The notes beneath the pieces were generated by a model that worked only from the letters and a program-made list of their open reading frames with translations, searched no databases and had not been told where the DNA came from. Shown in pieces: positions 12,169-25,316 of a stretch of DNA of 64,000 nt. Location: the NCBI GenBank assembly GCA_964187785.1, contig OZ076409.1:48114001-48178000 (forward strand). The letters are read 5' to 3'. The position numbers were made by a program, and so were the translations under genes. Within the stretch, counting starts at the first letter, position 1. Every line of letters starts with the position of its first letter. This DNA comes from Amphiscolops sp. MND2022. Taxonomy: Eukaryota.

Positions 12169-13645
12169 GGTATATTTTCACACCATACTAGCAAAAATTT
12201 TGCTTTTCAAATTTGCAATATTTGTGAACAAAGCGCTGATATTGTTTCTTTTTTTGTCAATCATTCAAAATGGAGCTCTTTTTTGTTGCTCATTTTAACT
12301 CATGTTGCGGAGATAACTGGCATTGTATTATACAATTTAGGCTTGTTCCGGAGATGATTTTTTGCTTCTTTTGTCAAAAAAATATCTAAAATACCGGGGA
12401 ATTTTTGCTTGAAGTGTCGAAACAAATTCGTGTTGGGAGGGGGATAAGAAACAATGTGCATCTGGGGTGGGAGTGATAAGGAACATGGTCCGAAACTTTT
12501 TCTGCTAAAACCATTACTAAAAGTCAATAATAGCAATAATTGCACAATTACCGATAATTATTAAGATAATTATCAAGACGCGATAAATTTTAAAGCATCA
12601 ATAACATTAGACAATTCCTTAGACAATAGCTTAAATAAAATGCGACGTTTTATAGAACGTAATATCCGACAACGAAATTTCTGACGACGAATTTTCTGAC
12701 GACGAAATTTCTGACGGCGAAATTTCCGACGACGAAATTTCTGGCGACGAAATTTCCGACGACGAAATTTCCGACGACGAAATTTCCGACGACAAAATTT
12801 CTGGTAATCCGAATAGGGGGTTATTTGAAAATCTAGATGGGTATCTTGGCTAACAACTGATCGCAAACGTTCGTTTTATCTTTTCGTCAGCCACTTTTGA
12901 CAGAGAGCTCTGAAAAAGTGCCTTGAGACTTTTAGATTAAAGTTGGGATTTAATTTCATTGAGTAGCTACAAAAATACAACATGTGTATGTATTCAAAAA
13001 GTGCCCAATTAAGAGGTAAAAGTAGCGAACTTGCTTTGCGAGCCTACGCCCTTTAGCGCATTGTTTAACAAATATTCATTGGAATGTTCAAACGGGAAAA
13101 TGCGAACTTGGAATATAACTTCATTCATTTGTTTAGAATTAGAATGTTTCAGATCATTCGAAGGAAGATCATGTCGGTCTGATCAAATGCTGGATAATGA
13201 TCCTAAGTGCTTTTTCAATGTTTCAATTTTTATTTTTACATTTGACTGGAAACCCTAAAAAAGTGGTGCAGTGACACTTGCAATTTTTTGTATATTCTTC
13301 TAATACGACTTCCAATAATTCTTCTAATACCTCCAGCCTCAGTTGTTTGACAAAGAAGCCAAAGTTTACCATTAAAAAGTATCTGAAAACTAGTCCATAA
13401 CAAAATGCATAAACATTTTCAAAATGGCATTCCAAAAAAAACTATTTCCCTTGACTTCGCCATGTCAAGATCCAATATAAACCGGGAACAATTTTATAAT
13501 TCGCATAGAGCGCACTTTAATCGAGATATCGAATTGAACTGCCGTCCAGGGGCACTAATTGGTGGCGAACAAATTCAAAAAACTCATGCGATGTTGAAAA
13601 ATCTTAAATAGGGACCTTTCAGGCAGAAAATGTTTTGATAACTGA

Positions 13646-14158
13646 AAGTCGGCGCCATATCTAAGGCTCAAAAATAGCAACAGGACTTCAAAGTGTCAAG
13701 TATTTCCTTCAGTACCCGAATGAAGAAAAAAATTCCAAATTTTTTTTTCGAATTTTTTTTGAAGTCTTCTGTAAGTTGCATAGTGCCGAAAAATGTTTGG
13801 ACCCTTGGAATTTTTTGAACATCCTTTCTGTTGCAAAATAGAAAAAAATTGAAGGGGGGACCCTTTGCAGACATTTAAAAATTTGCGAAAAAAAGTCTCA
13901 CAAAGCCGAAATAACATACACAAAAAAATTTTGGTCAAGGGCGAGACTCGAACCCACGTCCTTCTGCTTGGCAGACCTCAAAAAAATCCTAATTAACCTC
14001 TATGCCAAGTGCCAATAGAAGTAGTGTGGCAGTTGGTGTTAGTGGGAGCCAGCCTATAAAGTTTATAAAATCTGTCACTTCGTTGGTCTTCAGAAAAAGA
14101 AAAAAAAGAAAAGTCACTGCTATAGTCTGCGTTTTCTACGAAAAGCGATAACTAAAAA
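13646..14158 (-). mobile_element. Helentron-associated (DINE-1/HINE-like) non-autonomous repeat copy containing a tRNA-like B-box fragment
   Basis: Shares the AAGTCGGCGCCATATCTAAGGCTCAAAAA end and the AGTCTGCGTTTT...AAAAGCG hairpin with other copies in the window. GGTTCGAGTCTC on the minus strand at ~13945-13956. Confidence 0.55.
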
Positions 14159-14644
14159 TGAAGTTCTGCTGAAAAACGCGGCCAAGAGTTAAATATCCGT
14201 TTCTCATATTATTCTGAGTGGAAAATTGAAACTGAACAATGAAGAGATCGATGCATATTTTAAACTGTCGAAAAGTAATCGGCAGGTATTACAGTCGAAA
14301 TTCTATATTATATACCTATACGGGAAGAATGAGAAGAAAACGTTAATTCGAAGTTTACGTTATATATAAGGACGGTTATATATAGAACTTAGGAAGACGG
14401 AGATTCAAATTGATTAACAATAACGAGTTTTACCTGATAATGAGGGTACATGAAAGTGAAGTTCGACTGTAGTTTTTTTTCTAAAATATTGATGAATTTC
14501 AACCAACGTAAACAGAATTAATAAATATTAAAAGCGTCTATTTTCTCCAATCGAACCGTATCAAAAAAGTTTGATAATTTAAAGAAAAAAGTAAAACTTT
14601 CGAGCAATTTTATATAGGCAGATAACAATTGGAATTTTATTTAC

Positions 14645-14820
14645 CATAGTCTTCACATTTGGGATCACCAACAATGGCGAAACAGCTTTTCCACAATCCA
14701 AAGTGTCCATATTTATGGGTCATACCTTCGTTTCCATGGCCAAGGAGACCAAAAAAGGAGACTCAGGAAAGCCAGAACGGCCCCCACGACGCCAATGACT
14801 TTGAGGACGAGTGGGTTCAT
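14645..14820 (-). CDS. Exon 1 of a host PMP22/EMP/claudin-family tetraspan membrane protein gene (apparent +1 frameshift in a T6 run)
   Basis: ATG at 14820 opens MNPLVLKVIGVVGAVLAFLSLLF. Removing one T from the run at 14751-14756 continues GLLGHGNEGMTHKYGHFGLWKSCFAIVGDPKCEDY, containing the GLW-x2-C...C claudin/PMP22 loop motif. GT donor at 14644, phase 1. Confidence 0.8.
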
Positions 14821-17800
14821 TATTTTCTCTTTTAATAACAGGTTTTCTTCCTACTTTTGTGTTCATTACTCAAAAAGAACTTAAGTTCAGCTAGCTTTTA
14901 TACATGAGTTTTAAGAGTTGTGTTCCTGGCCTATAAGACATAAAAACATTGAAAAATTGACATCAAAGTGTCAAAATTGGTAGGGTCGAACGCAAAAATG
15001 TCATTTTTCTGCATCAGTGTTTCTTCTTGAATTGTTTTGTTGAGTGTTCTTCGCTAGACTTTTGAAATTGGAAGATGAAAAGTCGACTGCTGCCAAAATA
15101 TTACAGCAATTAAGCCTTTGCAATTTGCTGCTGGTTCTCAGAAAGCTTTAATAATGTTGCCAAAATAAATAAATATCTTCAATTAAAAAAACTAAGCAAA
15201 GGAAGGAAACCTTTTATTTTGCGAGAAGCGTCCTTATGCTGAAATTTGTTCTTACTAAATGAATTCTAGCACCTGCATCCTGCAAAAGTTGCCACGTGCT
15301 AGTTTCCAAAACATAACCTCCCTCATTACAGTTTCCAGTATTTGGCGGCTGAAAAAAAAAACAATTTCCTCGCTCTTTTATTCAATTGGACGGTTCTCAA
15401 ATTTCGTACAAAATGCAGATGCAAAACGACCTCGCGATATTTTGTGATGTTTAATCAAATCAAAATGAAAATATTTGAAGGACATATCAAAAATTGATGA
15501 GGTTATTCACGCAATGTTCATTTGGTGGCTTTTGCAACCACAACACGAGTGCTGTCATATCAACCGAATGGAGAACAAGAGGAAGCATAAATAATTGATA
15601 ATACTGAAAAAATTGGGCAATAGAGAGAACAAACAGAATTTTTAAGGGACTTTTTTGTGTTTCGTCATCAAGATGCTGTAGCTACTTGCGCTTGAAAACT
15701 AATTTGAACTGAGCGCCAGTATCATACAGCGTGGTTCGCCTAAGTTCAACATTCGCTAAACAAAGTGTGTAGTGATTGTTTGAAAAAATGCTCAGTCCGA
15801 CTTTTATGTCCTTACTGAATGATAATGTAACCAGGTTAGGTAATACAGTCAGTTATGTAGTCCTTATAACACTTTCAAGAGCACATGGTCATCTATTGAA
15901 CGCGAAAAACCTTATGTGTTATATGAAGGAGTTTTGAAACTTCTGAACTTTGCTCGAAAATAACCAGTTTTGAAATGGTTTTGACTACATCAGACAGTTT
16001 GGCAAGTGCTTCGGATTTAAATGATCAAGACGGGAAGGTCTAAAGTCGGCGCCCCACTTAAGGCTCAAAAAACGCAAAGTTTTTCAAATATGCTCAAGAC
16101 TTTTTTAAATGAAAAACTCACATAAAAGTTTCGAAACACCCAAAGGTTTTCAGAAAAATAACTGAGAGTTTCTCAAGTTTCACTGCTAATCATCCGAAAT
16201 GACTAATCATTAAAAAGGACGATACATGAAAGTGCGATAAATGTAACACGAGAAATGAAAGTTTTTAATCTTTTCTGTTATTCCCCTCAGTTAGGCGGTC
16301 AAGTGAGAATTTTATTGAATTAAAAATAACAACCCGTCAAACTTCGGTATTGTTTAACTCTGAAAGCAACCCAAATCAATTGCGTCAACGGCAGGGATTT
16401 AATTTCCCACGCTTACTGTTAGGGGATGTCGGTACGCATTCGGGGCCTGGCGGAGACCAAACAATGAGCGTACCCTTCTTCTAATTGAGGGATAACTCGC
16501 TGAGTAAGAGTAGCTACCAAGTTCCTATAGTGATAATATAATATCACTAATTTCGCTCTGTAACTGAGTGAGTCGTTTGTTCATTTCTGCTTGAGTTCCG
16601 ACATTAGGTCCGTTAGTGTCTAGATTGGAATTAAAACTCGAATTTTGTCTGTTTTCCAAAAGTTCAATGAAGTTTGGACGAAATAATTTTAATGTCGACT
16701 TTTAGAATGACTTTTCCAAAACGAAGTTTACGAGGTGAACGCTCGCACATACCAAGAAAACTAGATGAAATGTTCAAACGAGTGAATTTAAGTTGAAGGT
16801 AAATTTGAAAGATCATCGTATTTTTGCTTGTCTTGGTTGGTGTCAAAACGCATTTCTTGACTCTCTCAACTTACCATTGGTTAATATGGTAAGGTGTTAA
16901 TTCACTCAATTGTGAGACCATGCCAAGTTCTCACGGCAAGGTAAGGTAACGAATTATGTTATTTGGTGAAAATGGAACTTAAAACATGATTGTGAAATAT
17001 AAATATTCAATCTTTGTATATTGATGATTTTTCGATAATGAAAAAGCTGGTTATATTCACGATGCGTTTGGGAGGAAATTGGTCATGACGACTCGGTCGT
17101 AGAGGCCTAGACTGTCTTATTGTCTTCTTGGTTTATATCCGATTTTCATCCAAGTCGATGACTGAGTGTATTCATGATAGTTTCAAGATGGAACGAGTTA
17201 TGTCAACTTGGCCGTAGAGGTTAGGCCTCGTTGTCATTTTTCCATCCATTTTCCAACCAAGTAAACCACTATGATTCAAACACTGGATAGACAGTAACTT
17301 TTATTCGTTAGCACTTCTTCTAGTTAAAGGAGCGCTTAATCAGGGGCTCAGTGTATAAGAATTACATATATGTATGATAACTTAATACTCTGGAAAGGGT
17401 GGTATAGGTAACGTAGCGTTGCCCTCAACCATGAATTTTATCATATGGCTCCATGCTTCCCTTAGATATGTATATATGACTTAAGGTGTTTTCGTTATAT
17501 GTATGAAATAGAGTTCCATCATGCTGGTATGACAGGGGATTATCAGAAAAGTTCAAACGCTTCTTACAATTTCATCTTGTTTAAATGAGTTTTTCAAGAG
17601 TTCTGAGACAAAAGCAATTGTCTGACTTTAGGCGAAATTGGGGTTTTTGCCATTTTTCGAAATTTCGACTGAATAACCCCCCCCCAAATCCACTGCAGCC
17701 AAGGATATATTTTGATTTCAAAAATGATCAAACGGTCACAAACACAAACGAAACACAAAAGGGACCATGTGTTCAATCCCCCCCCAAGCGGCCACAGGGG

Positions 17801-17953
17801 GGATAAGACACAAGGTTCAAATACCACTATGTCGACATAGTTTCATTGAAATTTTGGTCCAATAAAAAATAATTGATGTCGACATAATCCTATCCATTAC
17901 CTTGACTGACTATTAAAAGTCGCTCATTTAATTTTACAGCGGACAAATTTTGC

Positions 17954-18442
17954 GGACCATGTGATCTATCCCCCCCCAAACTGCGGCGGGGGAAATAATA
18001 CAGTAGGTTCAAATACTAGTTTTAAACGAATTAATTATGTCGACATAACATTTTAAATAGTCAAATACCATTATGTCGACATCGTTGCGTTGAAAATTTA
18101 GTCCAATAAAATAATTGATGTCGACATAATCATATCTTTTACATTGATTGACAGTTAAAATCAATCATTATTCTTTGAAATGTGCTTCCAAACGGACATA
18201 CTTCCATATTTACAATACTACGAACTTTGCATTCAGCATTTAAAAAAATTGGGTCTTTTGCCACGAAGTTTAAATTGTCCCATCTGCAAAAATCGTCTGT
18301 TTTGGACAAGATATAAAAAAATCAAAGATGGTAATTCATTCATTCAATAAATAATATACTTGTGAAAAAGTCGTTTTCGTTTTTTTTGGGGGGGGGGGAT
18401 TCCTAACAAGGTGTACCTGGGGGGGAATAGATCACATGATCC
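17954..18442 (+). mobile_element. Merlin (IS1595-like) non-autonomous transposon, copy A
   Basis: TIR GGACCATGTGATCTAT(C)n / GGGAATAGATCACATGATCC; 8-bp TSD AATTTTGC/AGTTTTGC; internal CIQHLKKLGLLPRSLNCPICK...KDG resembles the Merlin transposase N-terminal zinc ribbon. Confidence 0.7.
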
Positions 18443-19536
18443 AGTTTTGCGATGAAATAGGGACATTTTTATATGATTTTAGTTTGTTTCAAACGTGAAT
18501 TTCTGTTATTTTGGACAATATTGTCAAAAAATGTTATTTTTTTAACCTGGAGAGTCCAAACAGTTGTAGCGACAATCCTCTAAGTATGCATATAAATTCA
18601 TATAATATTCACTTATTAGTCAAATATTTTTATTCAAGAACAAAATGTGTTTTCGTGTTGGGGTAATTCCCAATAAGGTTTACCTGGGGGAAATAGATGA
18701 CATGGTCCTGCTTAGGATCTAAATAGGCTGTGATTTTTCTATGTTTTATCCAAATTACAAAATTTCATGAGATTATGTAACACACAACAAAATAAAACTT
18801 GAATGTTTGACTGTCTAATGAGAATTAACGTAAAAGATATGGCTATGTCGACGTCAATTATTTTATTGGACCGAAATAACTCGCTTGGGGAGAATAGGAA
18901 ACATGGTCTGCCCCTCCTTTCTAGTTTTACTGTTGGAGAAAAAGCGCTGATATATTCACTTCTCAGCTTGTTACACTCCATTCTTTCAACTATTTTGGTT
19001 TTGAGCTCTTCTACTGCATGTAGTTTGGTGCAAGTTTCATCTTCTAGTAAACGCAGGTGTATTGAAGGGCTTCAATAAATAGTGACAGGCGGTCGAAAAG
19101 AAACATTGTAACTGGGAGAGGTCATCGAAGAGTAAATATGCAATAAAGGAAACATTTTTTAAACAGTGTCAATGAACTCTTTTTTATTGGATAGTCTCTA
19201 AATTTATTTATAGAGGATCAATAAAAAAAGAGTTCATTGCTCTTTTGGTAGCTTTTTTGGGAAGGCGTTGCTTGAATGCTTTGAATTAATCATAACAATG
19301 CAGAGATCGGAGGAACAGTATTGAAAAACAACGAAACACAAATGGGACCATGTGTTCAATCCCCCCCCCAAGCGGCCACAGGGGGGGATAAGACACAAGG
19401 TTCAAATACCATTATGTTGACATAGTTTCATTGAAACTTTGGTCCAATAAAATAATTGATGTCGACATAATCCTATCCATTACCTTGACTGACTATTAAA
19501 AGTCGCTCATTTAATTTTACAGCGGACAAATTTTGC

Positions 19537-20019
19537 GGACCATGTGATCTATTTCCCCCCCAAACTGCGGCGGGGGGAAATAATACAGTAGGTTCGAATA
19601 CTGGTTTTAAACTAATTAATTATGTCGACATAACATTTTAAATAGTCAAATACCATTATGTCGACATCGTTGCGTTGAAATTTTAGTCCAATAAAATAAT
19701 TGATGTCGACATAATCATATCTTTTACATTGATTGACAGTTAAAATCAATCATTATTCTTTGAAATGTGCTTCCAAACGGACATACTTCCACATTTACAA
19801 TACTACGAACTTTGCATTCAGCATTTAAAAAATTTGGGTCTTTTGCCACGAAGTTTAAATTGTCCCATCTGCAAAAATCGTCTGTTTTGGACAAGATATA
19901 AAAAAATCAAAGATGGTAATTCATGCATTCAATAATTAATATACTTGTGAAAAGGTCGTTTTCGTTTTGGGGGAATTCCTAACCAGGTGTATCTGGGGGG
20001 GGAATAGATCACATGGTCC
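19537..20019 (+). mobile_element. Merlin-like non-autonomous transposon, copy B
   Basis: Same TIRs as copy A; perfect 8-bp TSD AATTTTGC (19529-19536, 20020-20027); same transposase-like fragment. Confidence 0.75.
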
Positions 20020-20921
20020 AATTTTGCGCTGAAATAGGGACCTTTTTATATGATTTTAGTTTGTTCCAAACATGAATTTCTGTTATTTTGGACAATAACG
20101 TCAAAAAATGTTATTTTTTTTTAACCTGAAGAGTCCAAACAGTTGTAGAGACAATCCTCTAAGTATGCATATACATTCATATAATATTCACTTATTAGTC
20201 AAATATTTTTATTCAAGAACAAAATGTGTTTTCGTAATGGGGTAATTCCCAACAAGGTGTACCTGGTGGGAAATAGATGACATGGTCCTGCTTAGGATCC
20301 AAATAGGCTGTGATTTTTCTACATTTTATCCAAATTACAAAACTTCATGAGATTATGTAACACACAACAAATTAAAATTTGAATGTTTGACTGTCTAATG
20401 AAAATTAACGTAAAAGATATGGTTATGTCGACGTCAATTATTTTATTGGACCGAAATAACTCGCTTGGGGAGAATAGGAAACATGGTCTGCCCCTCCTTT
20501 CTAGTTTTATTGTTGGAGAAAAAGCGCTGATATATTCACTTCTCAGCTTGTTACACTCCATTCTTTCAACTATTTTGGTTTTGATCTCTTCTACTGCATG
20601 TAGTTTGGTGCAAGTTTCATCTTCTAGTAAACGCAGGTGTATTGAAGGGCTTCAATAAATAATGACAGGCGGTCGAAATGAAATATTGTAACTGGGAGAG
20701 GTCATCGAAGAGTAAATATGCAATAAAGGAAGCATTTTTTAAACAGTGTCAATGAACTCTTTTTCATTGGATAGTCTCATTGGATTTATAGAGGATCAAT
20801 AAAAAAAAGTTCATTGCTCTTTTGGTAGCTTTTTTGGGAAGGCGTTGTTTGAATGCTGTGAATTAATCATAACAATGCAGAGATTGGAGGAACAGTATTG
20901 AAAAACAACGAAACACAAAAG

Positions 20922-21420
20922 GGACCATGTGTTCAATTCCCCCCCCCCCCAACTTGAAGCGGCCAAGGTTGAAATACAATTTTGTCGACATCGTTTGCGT
21001 TGAAATTTTGGTTTTCACATAAAAATCACATAAAAAATGTCGACAAAATCGAAATGATTGATGTCGACATAATCCTATCCACTGCATTGACTGTCAGTTC
21101 AAAGTTTCTCATTGGATTTTATCACCGAGAAAGTTTGCGTTGAAATAGGGGCCCTTTTATACTATTTTATCTCGTTCCAAGGGTGAATTTTGGCTAATTT
21201 GGACAAAAATATCAAAAAATGACGGTAAATTTTTTGCCTGAAATGTCAAAACAGTTGTAGAGACAATCCACTAAGTATTTACATTTATATAATACTCTCT
21301 TATTAGTGAAATGGGTTTATTCAAGAACAAAATGTGCTTTCGTATTGGGGGGGGGGGGTTGAATTCGCAACAAAGTGTACCTGGGGGGGGGGGGGGGGGG
21401 GTAAATTGAACACCTGGTCC
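20922..21420. mobile_element. Related Merlin-like MITE carrying the empty site for copies A and B
   Basis: TIR GGACCATGTGTTCAATT(C)n / (G)nTAAATTGAACACCTGGTCC; near-TSD CACAAAAG/CAAAAAAG. Confidence 0.65.
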
Positions 21421-24204
21421 CAAAAAAGCAGTTCTGAAAAATATCGTCTCAGCTGCACTACTATCAGCTTTCGGTAGTCAGACATGGTCTCATTTACGAG
21501 ATTCTTCTGTTGAAACTTGAAAGTTTGGTGTATAAAAAGTCCAGCTAAACCATACACGGATTAATAAGCACGCTTTGAGTTCCTTCTTCGTTTTCTTATA
21601 GTTATGAGAAAACTTAGTTTTCAGCGATTGTTTTTTGAAAAATTTTCTCTAATATTTCTGACATGTCTTCTTGTTTCGTGAACAAAAGAAACAAGCCGGA
21701 ACAGCCCAAGGTCCGCTCGAAAGCCTCGCAGTGCCGAAAAACACTTAAAAAGAAGACGCCTTAAGCTCGCAAAACGCTATTTGCAAACCGAAAACAATTT
21801 CAAAGGTGGACGGCATTCACTTTGATTAAGGCACCTTTGGCAGAGTGCCAGAAAAATACAAAGTTTGGACACTTTGGTCTTTCTAATTTGGAAGCAAAAA
21901 ATTTTTTGGTCCACTAGAGGATTCGAACCAACGCACACATGATGCGCTACCACGGACTTTTCACGTAGGCCAAATGCCACATGACCTGAGAAGCTATGGA
22001 AACGGTTAAACAGCTAATTTATTTTATCTGATACCACAAAGTGAAAACTAGATTAATGAAGTCGTACCAGCTTTTTGGCGCTTCTGAAGTCTTCGTTGTC
22101 ATGCCCGAGTGGCATGATATAAGAAGAAAAGGATGAACTCAAAACTATTTCATTACTGGAATATATGAAATATCGTAAAATACACGATTGAAATCATCAT
22201 ATTCAACCGTAACATAAATTTAGTTGTTGATCATTCCCCCGAAGTTATATAATACCTTTTCAATGACTGAAAAAACCAGTCATCACAACATTCAGTTTCC
22301 ATCATTATACCATCACGTAATTTGGATATGCATCTATCGTTGTGATTTTCACCATTTAAATTTATTTAAATATACATGTAAGGATCGTCTATATCATACT
22401 TTTTCATATAGTACCATGGTGACTTTATTCATCGACATGCAGTAGTATATTTCATAACCGATGATTACAGTAAATAGCTATAATTATTCTTTGCAACTAG
22501 TTCAAACGTAATCTAAGTATGCAGTGGCCATATGACGACTGAAAGGTGCAGTCATATAACACCCCTCAAAACAGCAGATTGAGAGTTGCGCTAATTCACA
22601 CATTCAAGGAACGTGCTATGATTGGCTGGAACAGCTACATGTAAGGACGCGCAACTATTTTGTCTTTAAACCTGTTTGACATGTGACGAGCCCACAAAAT
22701 TTTGCACTAACAGCATTGATAGTTGCCATCATTATACTGCTATAAACAACAATTTTTCTGTATTACAAAAATTCTCAATTCAAATAAGTACAGTTGCAAC
22801 TTTTTGTCACCATTAGCTGAGAAAATCGGAAACATGAATGACTCGATTGACAACGACGAAACAACTTGTCTCCCTGACTTTCCTTTGGAAGATACTGAAA
22901 ATGGTATCGAAAACGAGAATTTAGAGATACATGAAAGAGAACGTGAACATGAAAGAGTCAGAATTGACAGGCGCTTCTCTGACATGATTAAACAAATTGG
23001 CGAGTTAACTAGCTTAGAAGGGATTCTAAGAGAGAAGTTTACTTTTTGTAAAATAGCCGTAAAAGGCCCAAGTCGGCGCCAAATCTAAGGCTCAAAAATA
23101 GCAAAAGGACTTCAAAGTGTCAAGTATTCTCTTCTACAGTACGCGCATGAGAAAAAAATTGAAAAAAATCCGAAAATTTAAAAATTTCGAAACTTTTTTT
23201 CAAGATATTTTGTTGTCTCCGGTAAGTCGCATAGTGCCGAGAAAATTTAAAACGGGACCTCAAAAAAGCCTAATTAACCTCTGTTACGACTTCTGTTAGG
23301 GTCGTTGTTCTCTACATTTATGAATACTTTTTTATTGCTTTTTTGAAGGACGTTTTTCCTTTTCTTGCTTCTCCTTGACATCTTGATGAAAAGGTTTTCG
23401 GATTTATCAATTATCAATTGAAGGTTGCAGAGTATTTGTTTTAACAAAACAAAGTATAGTTTGATACAAGATCGCAGACTGTATCAAAAATTGAATGAAT
23501 AACTATACAAGTACAAGCTATGTATACTCTCCTAGCATCATCCATTCATACTCGCGTACTTTAATTTCCATCGAGATATTACTCACTTCCTGTAATTTTC
23601 GGCAAAATTTTGATCTGCGTTAGAAATTTTTGTGTTATTTCCATAGTTAGATTGACATTTGTCATCACCCAGTGGCAAATCATTTCATTCCAGCGTCCTT
23701 TTATTTCCTCCCAAGCAGGAAGTTGAACTTTACTTCAGTCTGTAAACCGAAAATGTTTCCCTATTTTACTGCTTTGGTTCGCGGGAAATTTGACAGGGAG
23801 CTAACGCTGGCGTGAACAACTAATGCCTGGCGTTAAAATTCAACTTGGGAAATTATGACTAATTATCTTGATTTGTACAGTTTGGTGATGCTAAGAGAGT
23901 GAATGATTCACATGAGGCTAAACAATTAAATATTTCAACAATTAACAATTATTTATCTTATCAAAGTCAAGAGCAACACCTTTGATCAACAAAAAAGGAC
24001 AACATGACATCGTCAAACAGTCAATGAATATATTAAATTACGTAATTAAAGCATACATTGAAAAAGCCTGCTTAGACTGCACTTTATTACCACAAATCGA
24101 ATATAAACTGTGACTCTCCAATTTAAATAGTGTTAAAATACTGTTATGTTAAGTTAGTCTGAAAAATCCTGGCTTAAATAGCATATTCCGTTCGAATTCA
24201 ATCT

Positions 24205-24605
24205 TAGTCGACGCAATACTGACGTCGAAATGTGTTTTCTCAACTTCTAGTTTATTAGTTGACGTAGCGTTGACGTATATTCATATTCTAGCTTCGATTG
24301 GTTTTACCGTAGTTAAATAAGGCTACTTTTATTTTTAATGCTGACTGATACGCCTAATTTCATAAATTTTGGACGTAGAGTGGCCGTAAATTTGATGTTA
24401 GACCTGGTCCGCTAATATAGTGGACGTAACGTGGATGTAAATTAGTTATTAGACTTAGTCCGCCATTATAGTGGACGTAGCGTGGACGTAAATTTGGAAT
24501 GACTTCTAATTAGCTGTCCTAGTTGGGACGTAGCGTTGACCAAAATTTGGAGTGAAAAGAAATCTAGCCAGCTGCCGTAGTTGTGACGTAGCGGCAGCGC
24601 AAATT
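24205..24605. repeat. Degenerate ~52-bp tandem array with core TAGTGGACGTAGCGTGGACGTAAATT
   Basis: Core variants at ~24205, 24257, 24368, 24418, 24469, 24520 and 24578. Confidence 0.7.
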
Positions 24606-24811
24606 CACTCGTAATGGCGAAGCGGTGTCGTAGATTAGTTTTAACTTGTTTTTAATCCAGTCCGGTCGCGGACTGTGACAACCTCTATCTCAAGGGCCAG
24701 TAGAAGTAGTGTGGCAGTTAGTGTTAATGCATGTCAGCTTATAAAGCTTCTAAAATCTGTCACTTCGTTGGTCTAAAGAAAAGAGAAAAAAGTCACTGCT
24801 ATAGTCTGCGT

Positions 24812-25316
24812 TTTTAGTCGGCGCCTTTTCCCTCAAGGAAAAAAGCCCGACTCTTACAGTGAGTAGTTTTTTTTTCAGTTGACAATCTCACTCTGAGTGG
24901 TCCACTTTTCTTACAATTTGTTCATCTTTCTTATTTGTTCATCTTCCATCTTCGACCAAGCCGGAGAGCGTGGGTTCGATTTTAATGCTTCCAAAAGTAC
25001 AGGTGAGACCAAAGGGTCCCCCCTTTGGGTTTTTTTTCGGCACTATGCGACTTTTTTCGAAAATTTTCGAATTTTATCAAAGGGTACCCCTTGCATTTTT
25101 TTGAAGTTTTCGGTTTGTAGAAAGCGTTGAATGAGCCTGAATGGCCTTTTTTTGAGTTCTTCGGCATTGTGCGACTTAAAAAATACTTTTTTCGATAAAA
25201 AAATTCAAAAATAATTTTTTTAAAAAAAAATTTTCCAAATTTTTTCATTGGTGTTGTTCCTTGATGATTTTTGAGCCTAAGATATGGCGCCGACTTGGGA
25301 CGTTCCCGTCTTGTTT
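24812..25316 (+). mobile_element. Complete Helentron-associated (DINE-1/HINE-like) element nested in another copy
   Basis: 5' T-run, subTIR AGTCGGCG and nearby inverted CCCGACT. 3' subTIR CGCCGACT, short hairpin GGGACGTTCCC and CTTGTTT. No TSD; inserted in the T-run of the outer hairpin AGTCTGCGTTTT..AAAAGCGCAGACT. Confidence 0.65.

Larger units (their letters stand above)
6011..12810. mobile_element. Foldback/MULE-like non-autonomous element (~0.85 kb own sequence) split by the Gypsy insertion
   Basis: Flanked by direct repeat GAATAGGG(GG) at 6003 and 12811. Ends carry inverted 15-bp units (GTCGTCGGAAATTTC at ~6030-6060; ~9 tandem GACGACGAAATTTCC at 12667-12801). Confidence 0.6.
17748..20930. 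repeat. Tandem duplication, two copies of a ~1.58-kb unit
   Basis: Unit starts at ~17748, ~19331 and ~20908. Near-identical ORFs at 18739/20319 and 18803/20383 are offset by 1580 bp. Confidence 0.9.

Noticed and set aside
12573..12866. 97-aa ORF with KFRRR repeats (protamine-like)
   Set aside because: It is the translation of the 15-bp tandem repeat at the end of the foldback element.
18739..20658. Pairs of near-identical 80-aa and 91-aa ORFs
   Set aside because: Explained by the 1.58-kb tandem duplication; no coding signature.
21910..21995. Possible tRNA gene (minus strand, GGTTCGAATCC); a similar fragment lies at ~13939-13978
   Set aside because: Only a T-arm/B-box is recognisable. There is no acceptor or anticodon stem, and both lie inside interspersed repeats.
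24205..24605. CRISPR-like repeat-spacer appearance
   Set aside because: The repeats are degenerate, the linkers are partly similar to each other, there are no cas genes, and the context is eukaryotic.
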